Below are positions 24,291 to 36,800 of a stretch of 64,000 nt of DNA, piece after piece. How positions within the stretch are numbered: position 1 is the stretch's first letter; each line of letters starts with the position of its first letter. The stretch covers positions 732,123,332-732,187,331 of the forward strand of contig NC_058130.1 of the NCBI RefSeq assembly GCF_016433145.1, read 5' to 3'. The DNA is from Gracilinanus agilis (Eukaryota). Below the pieces are notes generated by a model. It did no database searches, was not told the DNA's origin, and was given only the letters and a program-made list of their open reading frames with translations. The position numbers and the translations under genes were made by a program.

Positions 24291-26581
24291 TATACTTGAC
24301 CTCATCAGCTCCCAAGGACGATGTGTTCAATGAATGTTTCCCAAATCTACCCATTCTGCCTTAGATTCACTCCTACACTCCAACTGGCTACTGGGCACTT
24401 CCAATTAGATATCCTGTTGGTATCACAAATACAAATTATCCAAAACAGAATCTTTACTTCTCCTCCAACAACCCTTCTTCTAAAGTACACCATTCACTAT
24501 TGTCAACAGCATTTCCAATCTTCCAATCTCATGGTCACCTTTGACTCTTCCATTCTCACCCAAAATAATACACTCAGCTACTAAAACTTGTCATTTCTAC
24601 CTTGACATCATATCTCAAATAAACGCCCTTCCCTCCACTTACATGGCTACCAACCTAGTTTAGGCCCTCACCAACTCTTACCTCACCTACTTCAATACCA
24701 TGTTCTCCCTATCTCTAGTCCATGGGTTCTTAACTTTCTCTTGCATTTCAGACCTCTCTGGTAATCCAGTGATCCCTTTTCAGAATATCATAATTGAAAG
24801 GATTGCAAAATTTCAGTTAGAGCTTAGTGAAAATCAAGATGTAATTTTTTTTCCTATTTAAGATTCATGGAGCTATTGAAATGTAACTATAATAATGCAG
24901 AAAATTTTTTATTTGACTTTACGTATTTGTAATGAGTTTTGTTTTTCTTGTTTTTTCAATTCGGAGGGAGTGATGAGAGGGAAAAGATATGAAGTGGAAA
25001 ATAAAATCATCCTGGGAGGCAGCTGGGTGGCTCAGTAGATTGAGAACCAGGCCCAGAGATGTGAGGTCCTGGATTCAAATCTGGCCTCAGACACTTCCTA
25101 GCTGTGTGACCCTGGGCAAGTCATTTGACCCCCATTTCCTAGCTCTTACCGCTCTTCTGCCCTGGAACCAATATGCAGTATTGATTCTAAGATGGAACGT
25201 AAGGGTTTAAAAAAGATAAAATAAAATCATCCTGAATGTTAAAAAATCTATCCAATCTATTTACTATTAAATTCAGATTAATAAACCCTGATCTAGCCTC
25301 TCCCCAACCCAATTTATTCTCTTAAGAATAGATCTTGATGACACTTGTACAACCCAATGGAGTTGTTTGTCCGCTCTGGGAGAGGGGCAGGAAAAGAAAA
25401 TGAATCATGGAAATATGGAAAATATTTTAAAATAAAGTGAAAAAAATAAGTCTTGACCTAATAACACATATAATCCAGATCAAAATGCTTACCATCTCCT
25501 GGATGGGGGAGGGAAGGGTGGGAGGGAGACAATTTGGATCTTATTAATTCAGAAAACATACATGGAAAATTGTTATTACATGTAATTGGGAAAATGTCTT
25601 TTAAAAATTTTCAAAAGAACTGATTTGGGGTGGCTAGGTAGACTCAGTTGATTGAGAGCTGGGCCTAGTAAGGGGAGGTCCTGGGTTCAAATCTTATATC
25701 AGACACTTCCTGTGTGGCATTGGACCCCATTGCCTATAGTCCTTACTGCTCTTCTGCCTTGGAACCAAAATAGAGCATTGATTCTAAGATAGAAGATAAG
25801 GGTTTGTTTTTTTTAAAATAGATCCTACCACGTCAATCCCCTACTCAACAAATTCAAGAAGCTCCTGTGTCTGACTTTTGAGACTCCACTTGGCATTTTC
25901 TTGGCAAAGTAATGGAGTGGTTTGCCATTTCCTTCTCATTTTAAAGATGAAGAAATAGAGGCAAACAGGGTAAAGTGACTTGCCCAAGTCACACAGCTAA
26001 TAAGTGTCTGAGATAGGATCTGAACCACAGAGCCACCTAGCTGCCCCCTCCACCCATTCCTTCTAAAGAAGGCCCTTCCTGGTCTGTGGTGGATGCTTGC
26101 TCTTTCCCCTCCAAGGTAATCTTGTATCTTGCTTCATGTGGATGTTTTTTATATACCAATATATGTGTGTGTTATCTTCCCCATTAGCAGGAACGCTCTT
26201 TGAGGGCAAGAACAGTTTCTTTTTTTCTTTGTATCCTCTATGCCTAGCACATGGACTGGCACATAGCAGGTAGGGGACAGGAAATGGAGGAAATAAGCTT
26301 TATATAGCTTCTATTACATGCCAACACTGTGCTAAGTGCTTTTTATAAATATGATCTCATTTGATCCTTACAACAACCCTGCTAGGTAGGTGAAGTTATT
26401 CTCATTTTGCTGTTAAGGAAACTGAGGTGAACAGAGGGTTAAGTGATTTGTTCAGAGTCATACAGCTAGGAAGTGCTTGAGGCTGGAATTGAATTCAGGT
26501 CTTTAGGTGCCTAATAAGTGCTTACTGAGGGATAGATGAATGCATAGAAGGATGAATGGATGGATGGATGTCTTGACTCAC

Positions 26582-26682
26582 ATGTTCTTCTGAGCCTGAA
26601 TGATGGCATTTACATCCTCTGAATTCACCATGCTGAGGATCCGATTGCAGAACACATCTGAGGCAGAACTGGGGGATTCCAT
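26582..26682 (-). CDS. KXD1: KXD1 first coding exon, [33 protein letters not shown](M)
   Basis: Exon 26582-26712 (ctgtag| acceptor, GAG-rich UTR); ATG at 26682; AAC AT|gtgagt; human [34 protein letters not shown]; total CDS 555 nt. Confidence 0.96.
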
Positions 26683-27129
26683 CTCCTCCTCCTCCACCTC
26701 CTCCTCTGCAGCCTACAGACCAGTCAAAGCCAGAGGTTACAAGACTGGCCAAGCAGGCATGTGTACTTGCTCCTTCCTGGTACTCTCACTTTCTCCTGAT
26801 ACCCTTTCTCAACCTGGAAGAATCTAGCCTAGACTTTTGTTTTATTAGCAAACTGTATCCCTCAGACTCTGGGACTTCCCAATAGACTGTGGTCCTGATA
26901 GGACCATCAGATGGTCTTCACTGGAGTTTTTAACCCTGCTAACAGGCAGGCTGCCATGACAGGACTTTGAGCAAGGTCTTGACAGAGAAATCCCTCAGAG
27001 TGCCTGGAAACCCCAGTACTGTCCTAGAAAGACTTGCTCAGGAATTAGTTTTCTTCTGTGTAAAATGAGAGGGGGAAGGAAATTTGCACTCAAGATAAAA
27101 GAAACTCTTAATTCATGGCATGCTATATC

Positions 27130-27590
27130 TATCCCAAGGACCCTGTTGCCTCTAACATTTTCTAGTCTAGGGGCCATTTCAGTTCCAACCTTCTATGTCC
27201 TAAGGGCTCTCCTAACTATGATAATCTGTGTTTTAAGTGCCCAGCCAGCTCTGACATCCTGGGTTCTAAGTGTCCGGCTAGCTCTGACATCCTGGGTTCT
27301 AAGGGTCCTCCCAGCCCTGACATCCTGGGTTCTAAGAGTCCTCCCAACTCTGACATCCTGGGTTCTAAGGGTCCTCCCAGCTCTGACATTCTCTGTTCTA
27401 AGGACCCTCCCAGCTCTGACAGTTTTTGTTCTAAAGGGCCCTCCCAGTCCCGACATCTTCTATTCTAAAGTCCCTTCCACTCTGCCATTTTAGGTGCTGA
27501 GGTCCCGACCAGTTCAACCATTCTGTGTTCCAAGGACCCTTTTGACCTGACATTCTATAAATGTTCTAAAGTCCTAAGGGCCCTCCCGGC
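27130..27590 (-). repeat. 33-bp tandem array B, inverted relative to array A, about 13 units
   Basis: ccagctctgacatcctgggttctaagggtcctc units; the ORF track shows the 11-aa repeat RAGRTLRTQDV. Confidence 0.92.
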
Positions 27591-27879
27591 CGTCCCAGAA
27601 GTTTAGGCTCGGAAGTCCCTTCCCCGCTGAGATCCCATGCTCTCTGTTCTGAGACAGTCCGAACCCGCAGTCCAAGCCCACATTCTAGAACTCTGACTCT
27701 TTCCAGGATTTCTGGGGTCCTCAGCGGACCATGCACTTCCCTTTGCCCAGGGCCGTGCTATCATAAGCCGTGCTGGCTCGAAAAGGAGAGGGGCTGGGGG
27801 GAACCGAGGCCAGATATGAGGGAGCAGAAGTGCCCAGCTGGACGCCCCCACCCCCACTCCCTGTTGGGGCCGAGGGAGG

Positions 27880-28160
27880 CGGCGAACAGTGACCCCTCCC
27901 AAACTGGCTCCTGGTCTCCCCCACTCTGTCTCCCACTCCGCGCCGCCCACCACCCCCAGACTCAGCTGCAAAGGCGGCGGCAGTGACAGAGGTGGCAGCA
28001 GCAGCACCTGCACATCTGGAAACTCGCACTTCCGGGATGGCGCTCACGCGCAGCGGCCTCTGCGCTACGCCGGCTGACGTCACAACCAGAGAGATGGGCT
28101 GGGCGGAGCCGCGGAGCAAAGGGGGTAGAGGAGGACTTAGGGGAGGAGACAACTGGAGGC
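27880..28160 (-). promoter_or_regulatory. KXD1: CpG-island promoter / non-coding exon 1 of KXD1
   Basis: CpG-rich; ETS CACTTCCGG 28027-28035; palindromic CRE TGACGTCA 28075-28082; GC box gggcgg; exon 1 donor not pinned down (candidate CAG|gtgctg after 28008). Confidence 0.7.
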
Positions 28161-29589
28161 GGGACCAGGAAAGGGGTTGGTCGGGAGGAGTCAGGGGAGG
28201 GGCTAGAGATATACTTGGGGCGGTTCTTGGGGGAGGAGCCAGGGCAGAAGGAGGCCAAAGAGTGGAGAAATGAAGGCAATAGGATGCTTTCTTCTTAAGA
28301 AACCTTTAGCCAGTTCCTCCCCAGAACAGTTAGTGGCCCCTAGATGGCACAGTGGAGATTGCTGGGCCTGGGAGTCAAGGAGATCTGAGTTCAAGTGGAG
28401 CCTTAAAGCCCTTTTTTATTAAGTTTTTAAAGCTTTTTTTTTAAAGCCCTTACTTTTCTGTCCTAGTAATATCTCTGTCCTAATAAAACTCTAAAACTGG
28501 TAGTAATACCAGCTTTGTCCTAGTAACAAATAAGTAAATAAGGGCTAGACAAATAGAATTAAGTGACTTGCCCATGGTCACACAGTTAGCAAGTATCAAA
28601 GTTCGAATTTGAACCCAGGTCCCTCAACTCCAGACCTGGAACGATATCTACTGTGCTACCTAGCTGCCCCTTTTGACTCTTACTAGCGGTGTCACTTTGG
28701 GCAAATCAAGCAAAAGTGTAGCACCAATCACCCGGGGTTATTGTGAGGATTAAATGAGAAAATGTTTATAAAACTCAGTGTATGTTCACATAGAACACTT
28801 AATATTATATTATTTATCTGTCAGATGAGAATATTGGACTAGGTTTCATCAGTCTTTAATTTTTTTGTGTGTGTCATGAATCCCTTTGTCAATCAATAAA
28901 CATTTATTAAGCACCTAGTAAGTGCCAGGAAGGGCAGCTAGGTGGGATAGCACAGTAGATAGAGTGCTGGGCCAGCAGTCAGGAAGACTCATCTTCCTGA
29001 ATTCAAATCTGGCCTCAGACATGTACTAGCTGTGTGACCTTGGGCAAGTCACTTCACCCTGTTTGGCTCAGTTTCCTCACCTATAAAATGAATCAGAGAA
29101 GGAAATGGCCAACCACTCCAGTTTCTTTGCAAAGAAAACCCCACTAAGAATCATTAAAAGTCAGAAACGGTTGAACAACAACATGTGCCAGGCACTGTGC
29201 TAAATACAAGATATACAAAAAGAAGCAAAAGATCATCCCTGACTTCAAGTAGCTTATAGTCTAATTGGAGAGAGAACATGCAAAAAAAATGCATAAGAAG
29301 CAAATGATATGCAAGATAATAAGAAATAATTAGCAAAGGGAAGCTAGAATTGGCATAGAATTAAGAGAGCTTGGGAAAGGCTTCCTGTAGAAGACAGGAT
29401 TTTCAATGGGACTTAAGGAAAGTCATAGAAGCTAGGAAGGAGAGAAGATGAGAGCACATTCCAGGCATGGAAGAAAATGCCTGGAGCCTAGAGACAAAAT
29501 ATCTTGTTCATGGAACAGCCAGGAGGCACAGAATCAAAGGGTTATTGAGGTAAAGCCCAAGGAGACTACAAAGAGAGTAGCCAGATGAA

Positions 29590-30440
29590 ACTCCTTTTCA
29601 GAATGTTTTTAAATACATGAAATATGATGGTGATGGAATTTTGTGCTATAAGAAATGATGAACAGAATGATTTCAGAAAGAGCTGGAAAGACTTACATGA
29701 ACTGCTGCAGTGAAATAAGCAGAACCAGGAGAACATTGTACACAGTAACTGAAATATTGGAATGATCAACTGGGAAAGACTTAGCTACTTTCAGCAATAA
29801 AAGATTCAGGACAATTCTGAGGGACTTATGACAAAGAATGTTATCCACCTCCAGAGAAAGAACCACTGGAATCAGAATGCAGGTCAAAATATATAATTTT
29901 TTACCTTATTTATGGTTTTTTGTGTGTGTAATTTGTGGGGTGTTTTTTTTTTGGTGTTTTAGTTTTATATGAGTATTCCCTTACAAAAATTAACAATAAG
30001 AGGAGAGAAGGGAGGGAGGGATATTTATATATGTATATGTATAATTTCAGAAAACTTATGTGAAAATTTGTTATTACATGTAATTGGCAAAATAAAATAT
30101 TTTTATAATAAAATGAACAATATAGAAATATGTTTTGCATGATAATGCATATGTAATCCAGATAAAATTGCTTACCAGCTCCAGGAAGGGGAGGGAGACA
30201 ATTGGATCATATATCTTCAGAAAATGTATGTGGAAAATTGTTGTTACATGTAATTGGTAAAATAAAATATCTTTACCAAAAAAATAAATACATGAAATAA
30301 AAATATATAGACTTACAAAGGAAAGCAATTATATTGAAATATAGTTATAAAAATGTTCAAAGCAAAAAAAAAATTACTGATTCCAAGTTAAGAATCCCTA
30401 GGCTATTATATGTAATTAGGAAAATAAAATATCTTTGAAT
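29590..30440 (+). mobile_element. L1 3' end fragments
   Basis: agaaagagctggaaagacttacatgaactg..aagcagaaccaggagaacattgtacac.. plus repeated 3' tails. Confidence 0.75.
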
Positions 30441-30567
30441 AAAACATGGAAAAAAAAAGAATCCTTTGTCTAAAAGGTCTCTAAACTCCCTTCCAGCACT
30501 GACATTCTCTGTTCCAAGTCCCCCTCTTAGCTTTGACATTCCATGTTATTTAAAAAAAAAGGGGTGG

Positions 30568-30752
30568 GGGGGCAGCTGGGTAGCTCAGTGGATTGAGAGT
30601 CAGGCCTAGAGACAGGAGGTCCTGGGTTCAAATCTGGTCTCAGACACTTCCCAGCTGTGTGACCCTGGGCAAGTCACTTGACCCCCATTGCCCACCCTTA
30701 CCACTCTTCCACCTAGGAGCCAATACACAGAAGTTAAAGGTTTAAAAAAAAA
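30568..30752 (+). mobile_element. SINE1_Mdo-type SINE, tail-to-tail with an older inverted SINE (about 30755-30945)
   Basis: Canonical head ggggcagctgggtagctcagtggattgagagtcaggcc and A tail abutting the T tail of the minus copy. Confidence 0.85.
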
Positions 30753-33182
30753 ATTTTTTTTAACCCTTACCTTTTGTCTTAGAACCAATCGGTTCTAAGA
30801 CAGAAGAGCAGTAAGGGATAGACAATGAAGGTTAAGTAACTTGTCCGGGGTCACACAGCTAAGAAGTGTCTGAATTAAGATTTGAACTCAGGACCTCCCA
30901 TCTCTGCCTGGTTCTCAATCTACTTAGCCACCTAAGTGCTTCCATTCCATGTTCTAAGGAGGAAGAGAATACGTATTTATCAATCATTGAGTATATGCCA
31001 AACACTGTGTGCTAAGTGTTATATAAATATTATCTCATTTGATCCTCACAACAACCCTGGGAGGTAGGTACTATTATTATCTCCATTTTACAGTTGAGGA
31101 AACTGAGGTTAAATGGCTTGCCCAGAGTCACACACAGCCAGAAAGGGTGTGACTAGATTTGAACTCAGCACTCTCTCAACTGTGCTACCTAGTTGCTCCA
31201 AGGAACCCTACCAACTCAGCCATTCTGTCTTCTATCTTCTAAGGTCTTTCTTGGCCTCTGATATTCTGTGCTCTGACATTAATGATCCCCTATTCTCTCC
31301 AGGTCTTCAGGACATCTCTCTCCCAGTTATTCTTCTATTTCTCTGACTGATCCTTCTTTGTCTCCATTGCTGGGTCCTCCTCCAAATCAAGTCTTCCAGG
31401 TGTCTAGTAGAAGGATCTGTCCTAGGATCTCTTCTCTTCTTGATCTGTATTGATTTACAGGCTGAGTTTCAGATGTCTACTGGATATCCCACGGGAGAAG
31501 TCCAAAAGGCAATTGGAGATGTGAGACTGGAGGGCCAGAGAGGTAGATAATATGATCAGCATCAGCATCAAGAGGATAAATAAATCCACAGGAGCTGATG
31601 AGATCACCAAGTGAAATATTGTTTCCATATTGTTTCCTCCATTAGATTATGAGCTCCTGGAGAGCAGGGACTGTCTTTTGCTACTTTTTGTATCCAAAGA
31701 GTTTAACACAGTGCCTGGCACATAGTAGGTGCTTGATAAATGTTTATCATGATCAACTATGAATGAACTAGCTATTCTCAACAATACAATGATCCAAGAC
31801 AATTCCAAAGGATTCACGATGAAAAATGCTATCCACTTCCAGAGAAAGAACTGGTGGAATTTGAATGCAGATCAAAATCTATTTTTAAAACTTCTGTCTT
31901 AGAATTAATACTGTGTATTGTACCAAGGCAGAAGAGCAGTAAGAGCTTGGCAATGGAGTTAAGTGACTTGCCCAGGGTCACACAGCTAGGAAGTACCTCA
32001 GGTTATATTTGAATTCAGGACCTCCTATCTCTAGGTCTCCAGGTCTGGCTCTCAGGTGGCACTGAGCTTTCTAGCAGCCCCAACAAGTCTATTATTTTTC
32101 ATTTTATTTTCTAAGTAATTTTTTTTTACTTTATATGAATCTTCTTCTGCAATATGACCAATAAGGAAATGAAAAACAAATGCACACATAGATGGATATA
32201 TAAAAATATCTATATTTCACTGGACAACCAGATGCCAAATACTCCTCTTGATGTTTTAAACTCACAAAATCCAAGGTGCATTTCCTTCACTGATCACTTT
32301 GCTCTCCTAAGAGTAAGGGAGCAAAAAGAAGATTGAAAGGGCAGCTAGGTGGCTCAATGGATATAGAAGGTCCTGGGTTCAATTTTAGCCTCAGGCATTT
32401 CCTGGATAGATAACCCAGGGCAAGTCACTTAACCTCAACTACCTAGCCCTAACTGCTCTTCCTTCTTAAAGTCAATATTTAATACCCTAAAGTAAGACAA
32501 GGGTTTAAAAAGAAGGCTGAAGCTGACAAGCCTTTTTGTTTGTTGTTTACATTTTTTATAAATTCTATTCTCAACTACAAGTAAACAAAAAATGTTAACA
32601 TTCAGATTTAAAAAAATTTTTGAGTTCCACATTCTTTCCCTTCCTGCTCTTCCCCCTCCTTTAGAAGGCAAGCAGTTTGATATAGATTACACATGTGTAT
32701 TCACACAAACATTTCCACATTATCCATGTTACAAAGGAAAATACAGACAAAAAAAAGAATAATAGAAAGTTTAAAAAGTATACTTCAGTCTGACAGGCTT
32801 TTTGAATAACACTGTAACCAACCAAAGAGTCTCTTGTTCATCAAATGGTTGGCTGACCAGAACCAGTTATGGTCTGTCCCTTCAAGGTGGTTCCCTTACT
32901 AATCATCACAGTTTTCTGAGACAGCTCCCATATGTGGAGATACCATCTTGAGACACCATGGCATGGATACCCAGGCACGTACCAAGTTTCCGTTATACCT
33001 AAGTTTCCGTTATACCTAAGTTTCCATTTCGTCACTCTACTCAATTCCCATGACCTACTCCTCTGCCCCTCCCCCCCAGCTCTGGTAACCACAGAGATGG
33101 TCCTATCTTGATATTTGTCATCACTCACAAGTATTCTGTTTCCATGTACAAGAACTCTGAAATTCCTTTATCTGATCATAAT

Positions 33183-33373
33183 TTTTATTTTTTTCTTAAA
33201 CCCTTAACTTCTGTGTGTTGGCTCCTAGGTAGAAGAGTGGTAAGGGTTAGTCAATGGGGGTCAAGTGACTTGCCCAGGGTCACACAGCTGGAAAGTGTCT
33301 GAGGTCAGATTTGAGCCTAGGACCTCCCATCTCTAGGCCTGACTCTCAATTCACTGAGCTACCCAGTTGCTCC
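33183..33373 (-). mobile_element. SINE1_Mdo-type SINE with TSD
   Basis: TSD ctgatcataatttt on both sides. Confidence 0.85.
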
Positions 33374-33504
33374 TGATCATAATTTTTAAAATCATTCCAT
33401 CTCTCCTTGTGCCTTAGACACTCCAACCCTATCATTCTCACTATGATCTCTAATTTCTCCAACCCCAGCACTTTTCCAGAACATCATCTCTACTGTCTGA
33501 CTAT

Positions 33505-33847
33505 TGTATAATTGGAATTTGGGAGATGACATTTACAAGTATATATATATTTCCTATGGACACATGGGAACTATCAAACTACATTTCCCGTGGTCCAACG
33601 GGTTTCCGGTTCTTTGGGCGTGGGGACGCCTGCTTCACCACACAGAGGACAGTTTAAATGGGAGGAGAATCCGAAAGGAAGCTCTCTCTTAGCTAGGAGG
33701 CACGCGATAGGAAAGGTAAAAGATAGCGGAGGCAGTTTGAATTACTTACAGGCGTGTGCTCTAATGATTTTATCCCTATCAACATGGCTTTAATTAAAAT
33801 ACTAATTTATATATTTATATCAGTCTTTATCATTTTTAATCATAACA
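33505..33847 (+). mobile_element. Short solo LTR (343 bp) with promoter-type motifs
   Basis: TG...CA ends with perfect 4-bp TSD CTAT; retains CpGs; ACTACATTTCCCG at 33578-33590. Confidence 0.7.
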
Positions 33848-36800
33848 CTATATATACTCTTTTTTCTTTCCCAATCTCAACCCTTTGGTGAATCTGTTCA
33901 CATCTGCTCCTCTTGAATTTCTTGCTCCCTGGGCTTGTCATCATTTACACTTTGTCCAGTCCCAATCCTGGATTGCTTCTGTCGTCTATCTATTCTTCTC
34001 ACTAACTGTCTCTTGCTCCTACTTCTGTCTCACCAACTGTTTCTCTTGCTCCTACTTAGGTTCATGCCACTGAAATAACTTGAAGGAAGTCACAAGATCA
34101 TGCTTTCTGGACCTATCACCCATTAATGTTATCTTATCTCTACTGGACCTGCAGTGAAACAGACAATCCTCCTACACTTCATTCATTGATTTTCTATTTC
34201 CATCTACCACAATTATTATTCCATAACTTTTCTTCTTTCTTTAAGTCTCTGACATTACCCTATTCTGTCCCTATCTCGGTTAAATAAAGACCTGGCTTCA
34301 TACTTCAATGAAAAATTGGAGATTTGGGAGCATGAGCTCCTTCTTTTCCCTTTTTTTATTGCATCCCTCAGACATCGTCCTCTTAATTCCAGCCTTTGAT
34401 GAAGGCCCTTCTCTGTCCCAAGGTCAACTCTGTTATTCTTCTTCCATCATTTCCTATCTTCTCCAGAAGATTGCTTTGTCATCATCTTTCTCTAATCTTT
34501 AGCCTCTCTCTATTCACCAGTTCCTTTCTTCCTCCCTACAAATAAGCCCGTCTCTACAATCCTTAAAAAACCCTCACTAGACAATAACTATCCCAACAAA
34601 CCCACTAACTATCATCCAATATCTCTGGTCCCTTTCTCAATCAAAATCCTTTTAAAGGAGGGAATCTTTTGGACAATTCAGAGCTGAGATGAATATGAAA
34701 TTCAAATACGTTAGTTTCATGAAATGTTGCATATTTTGGTGCTTTAAATGTAGGTTAAGTATTTTTTCCTTCCTTCCTTCCTTCCTTCCTTCCTTCCTTG
34801 CTTTCTTGCTTTCTTGCTTTCTTTCTCTTTTTTCTAAGACCTAGTACTGTATTGATTCTAAGGCTGAAGAGTGGTAAGGACCAGGCAATGGGGGTTAAGT
34901 GATTTGTTCAAGGTCTCACAACTAGGAAGTGTCTGAAGCCAGATTTGATCCTAGGACCTCCTGTTTCTAGGCCTGGCTGTCAATCCACTGAACCACCCAG
35001 CTGCCCTTAACTATTTTTTCTTTAAAAAAAAAAAAAAGTTGTGTTGTGTTTTTTTCAATTACATGTAGAAACAAATTTTGACAATTGTTTTCTGACATTT
35101 TAGGACTCACATTTTCTTCTTCCCTGAATGTCCCATTTTCCCTAACGTGGTAAATAGTTTGATACAGGTTACCCTAGTGCTTTTCCATATTGTTTGTGCC
35201 ATGACAGAAGACACATATCACATATACAATAAAAAACTCAGGAAGGAAATAAAGTAGAACATGATCAGGGTAAGTTATTTGTTGATAGAACATGTATTAC
35301 CTTTATCAAATTGTTTATCATCTCAGGGACAGGGAAGGGAGACAAGAGAGGGAGAGAATTTGGAACTCATTATTTTAGAAAACAAATGTTAAAAATAATT
35401 TTTATACATAATTGAGGGAAAATATTAAATAAGTATAAATAAGTTATCGGAAAACAGAGTGAATGAACTCTCCTACCAGGAATCGCTGATTTCATCCGAG
35501 AGAAAATTTCCTCAAAATCTCTAGGGAAGCAAGCTGGAAACCAGGTGTATGTTGTGTTGGTAGCTCCTTTCGATTTTTACTGCTTTAAAAAAGAATTGAT
35601 ACTAACACAAAAGGTAAGGGTTAAAAAAAAAGATGAAGGTAGAAGAATGTCTATCCTCTCTGGAGCTCTCGCATGAACTCTGCCCCTCTTGCAAGTACTC
35701 AGGGTTGACATCTTCCTTTCCAACAAAAAGCAGTGTTATATAAAATTTCCAGATCTGAACCCAGGTTATATAAGCATCAAGGTCTCAAGAGAGCTTAATA
35801 GTAGTTATGTAATTACTTCAAGTTTAAGTTTTAGTCAGTGCAGGCTTGTGGGTCTTTTGTGTTTTTAGAATTTCTTCTTCTGGGGAAGAAACAAATAGAT
35901 ATCCTACACTTGAATTCCTTTCTATTCCCCTTTTTGGGAAAACCATAAACATGTGTCAAAATTAATCTTTAGGTGATTCTCCTTAAGCTGTGGGGTGAAG
36001 GGAAAGGAGGGGTGCATAATATACCAGAGAGTGTGAGAAAAAAAAAATCCCCACCTCTCTATAGTGGCTAGGTTCGTTTAGGCACTATGCCAAGAAGTTT
36101 TACAGATATTATCTGTATTTGATCCTCAGAACAACCCTGTGAGGTGGGTTTTAGTTATCTCCATTTTATAATTGGAGAAATTAAGACAGAGGTGCAGTGA
36201 CTTGCCCAGGGTCACCCACCTAGGAAGTGTCTGAGAGTAGATTTGAACTCAGATCTTTTTTTTTTTAATTTAAATTTAAATTTCAAAAATTTTTTATTTA
36301 TTTATTTTATTTATATTAATTAATTTAGAATAGTTTTCCATGTTTACATGATTTGTGTTTTTTCCTTCCCCTTCTCCCTCCTCTCAGAGCGGACGAGCAA
36401 TTCCACTGGGTTTTACATGTATTGTTGTTCAAAATCTATTTCCATATTATTAATATTTGCAATAGAGTGATCGTTTAAAGTCAACATCCCCAATCATATC
36501 CCCATCAAACCATGTGATCAATCATATGTTTTTTTTTCTGTGTTTCTACTCCCACAGTTCTTTCTCTGAATGTGGATAGCATTCTTTCTCATGAGTCCCT
36601 CAGAATTGTCCTGGATCATTGCATTGCTGCTAGTAGAGAAGTACATTACATTTGATTGTGTCATAATGTATCTGTGTGTGATGTTCTCCTGGTTTTGCTC
36701 CTTTTGCTTTGTATGAATTTCTGGAGGTCTTTCCAATTCACATGGAATTCCTCCATGAACTCAGATTTTCTGACTATAGAACCATCCACTGGACCACTCT

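Noticed and set aside
27065-27493. ORFs of 142 aa and 87 aa with 11-aa repeats
   Set aside because: By-products of a 33-bp unit divisible by three; no splice or homology support
27130-27590. CRISPR-like appearance of the 33-bp arrays
   Set aside because: Contiguous degenerate units with no unique spacers, in a mammalian intron; it is a minisatellite
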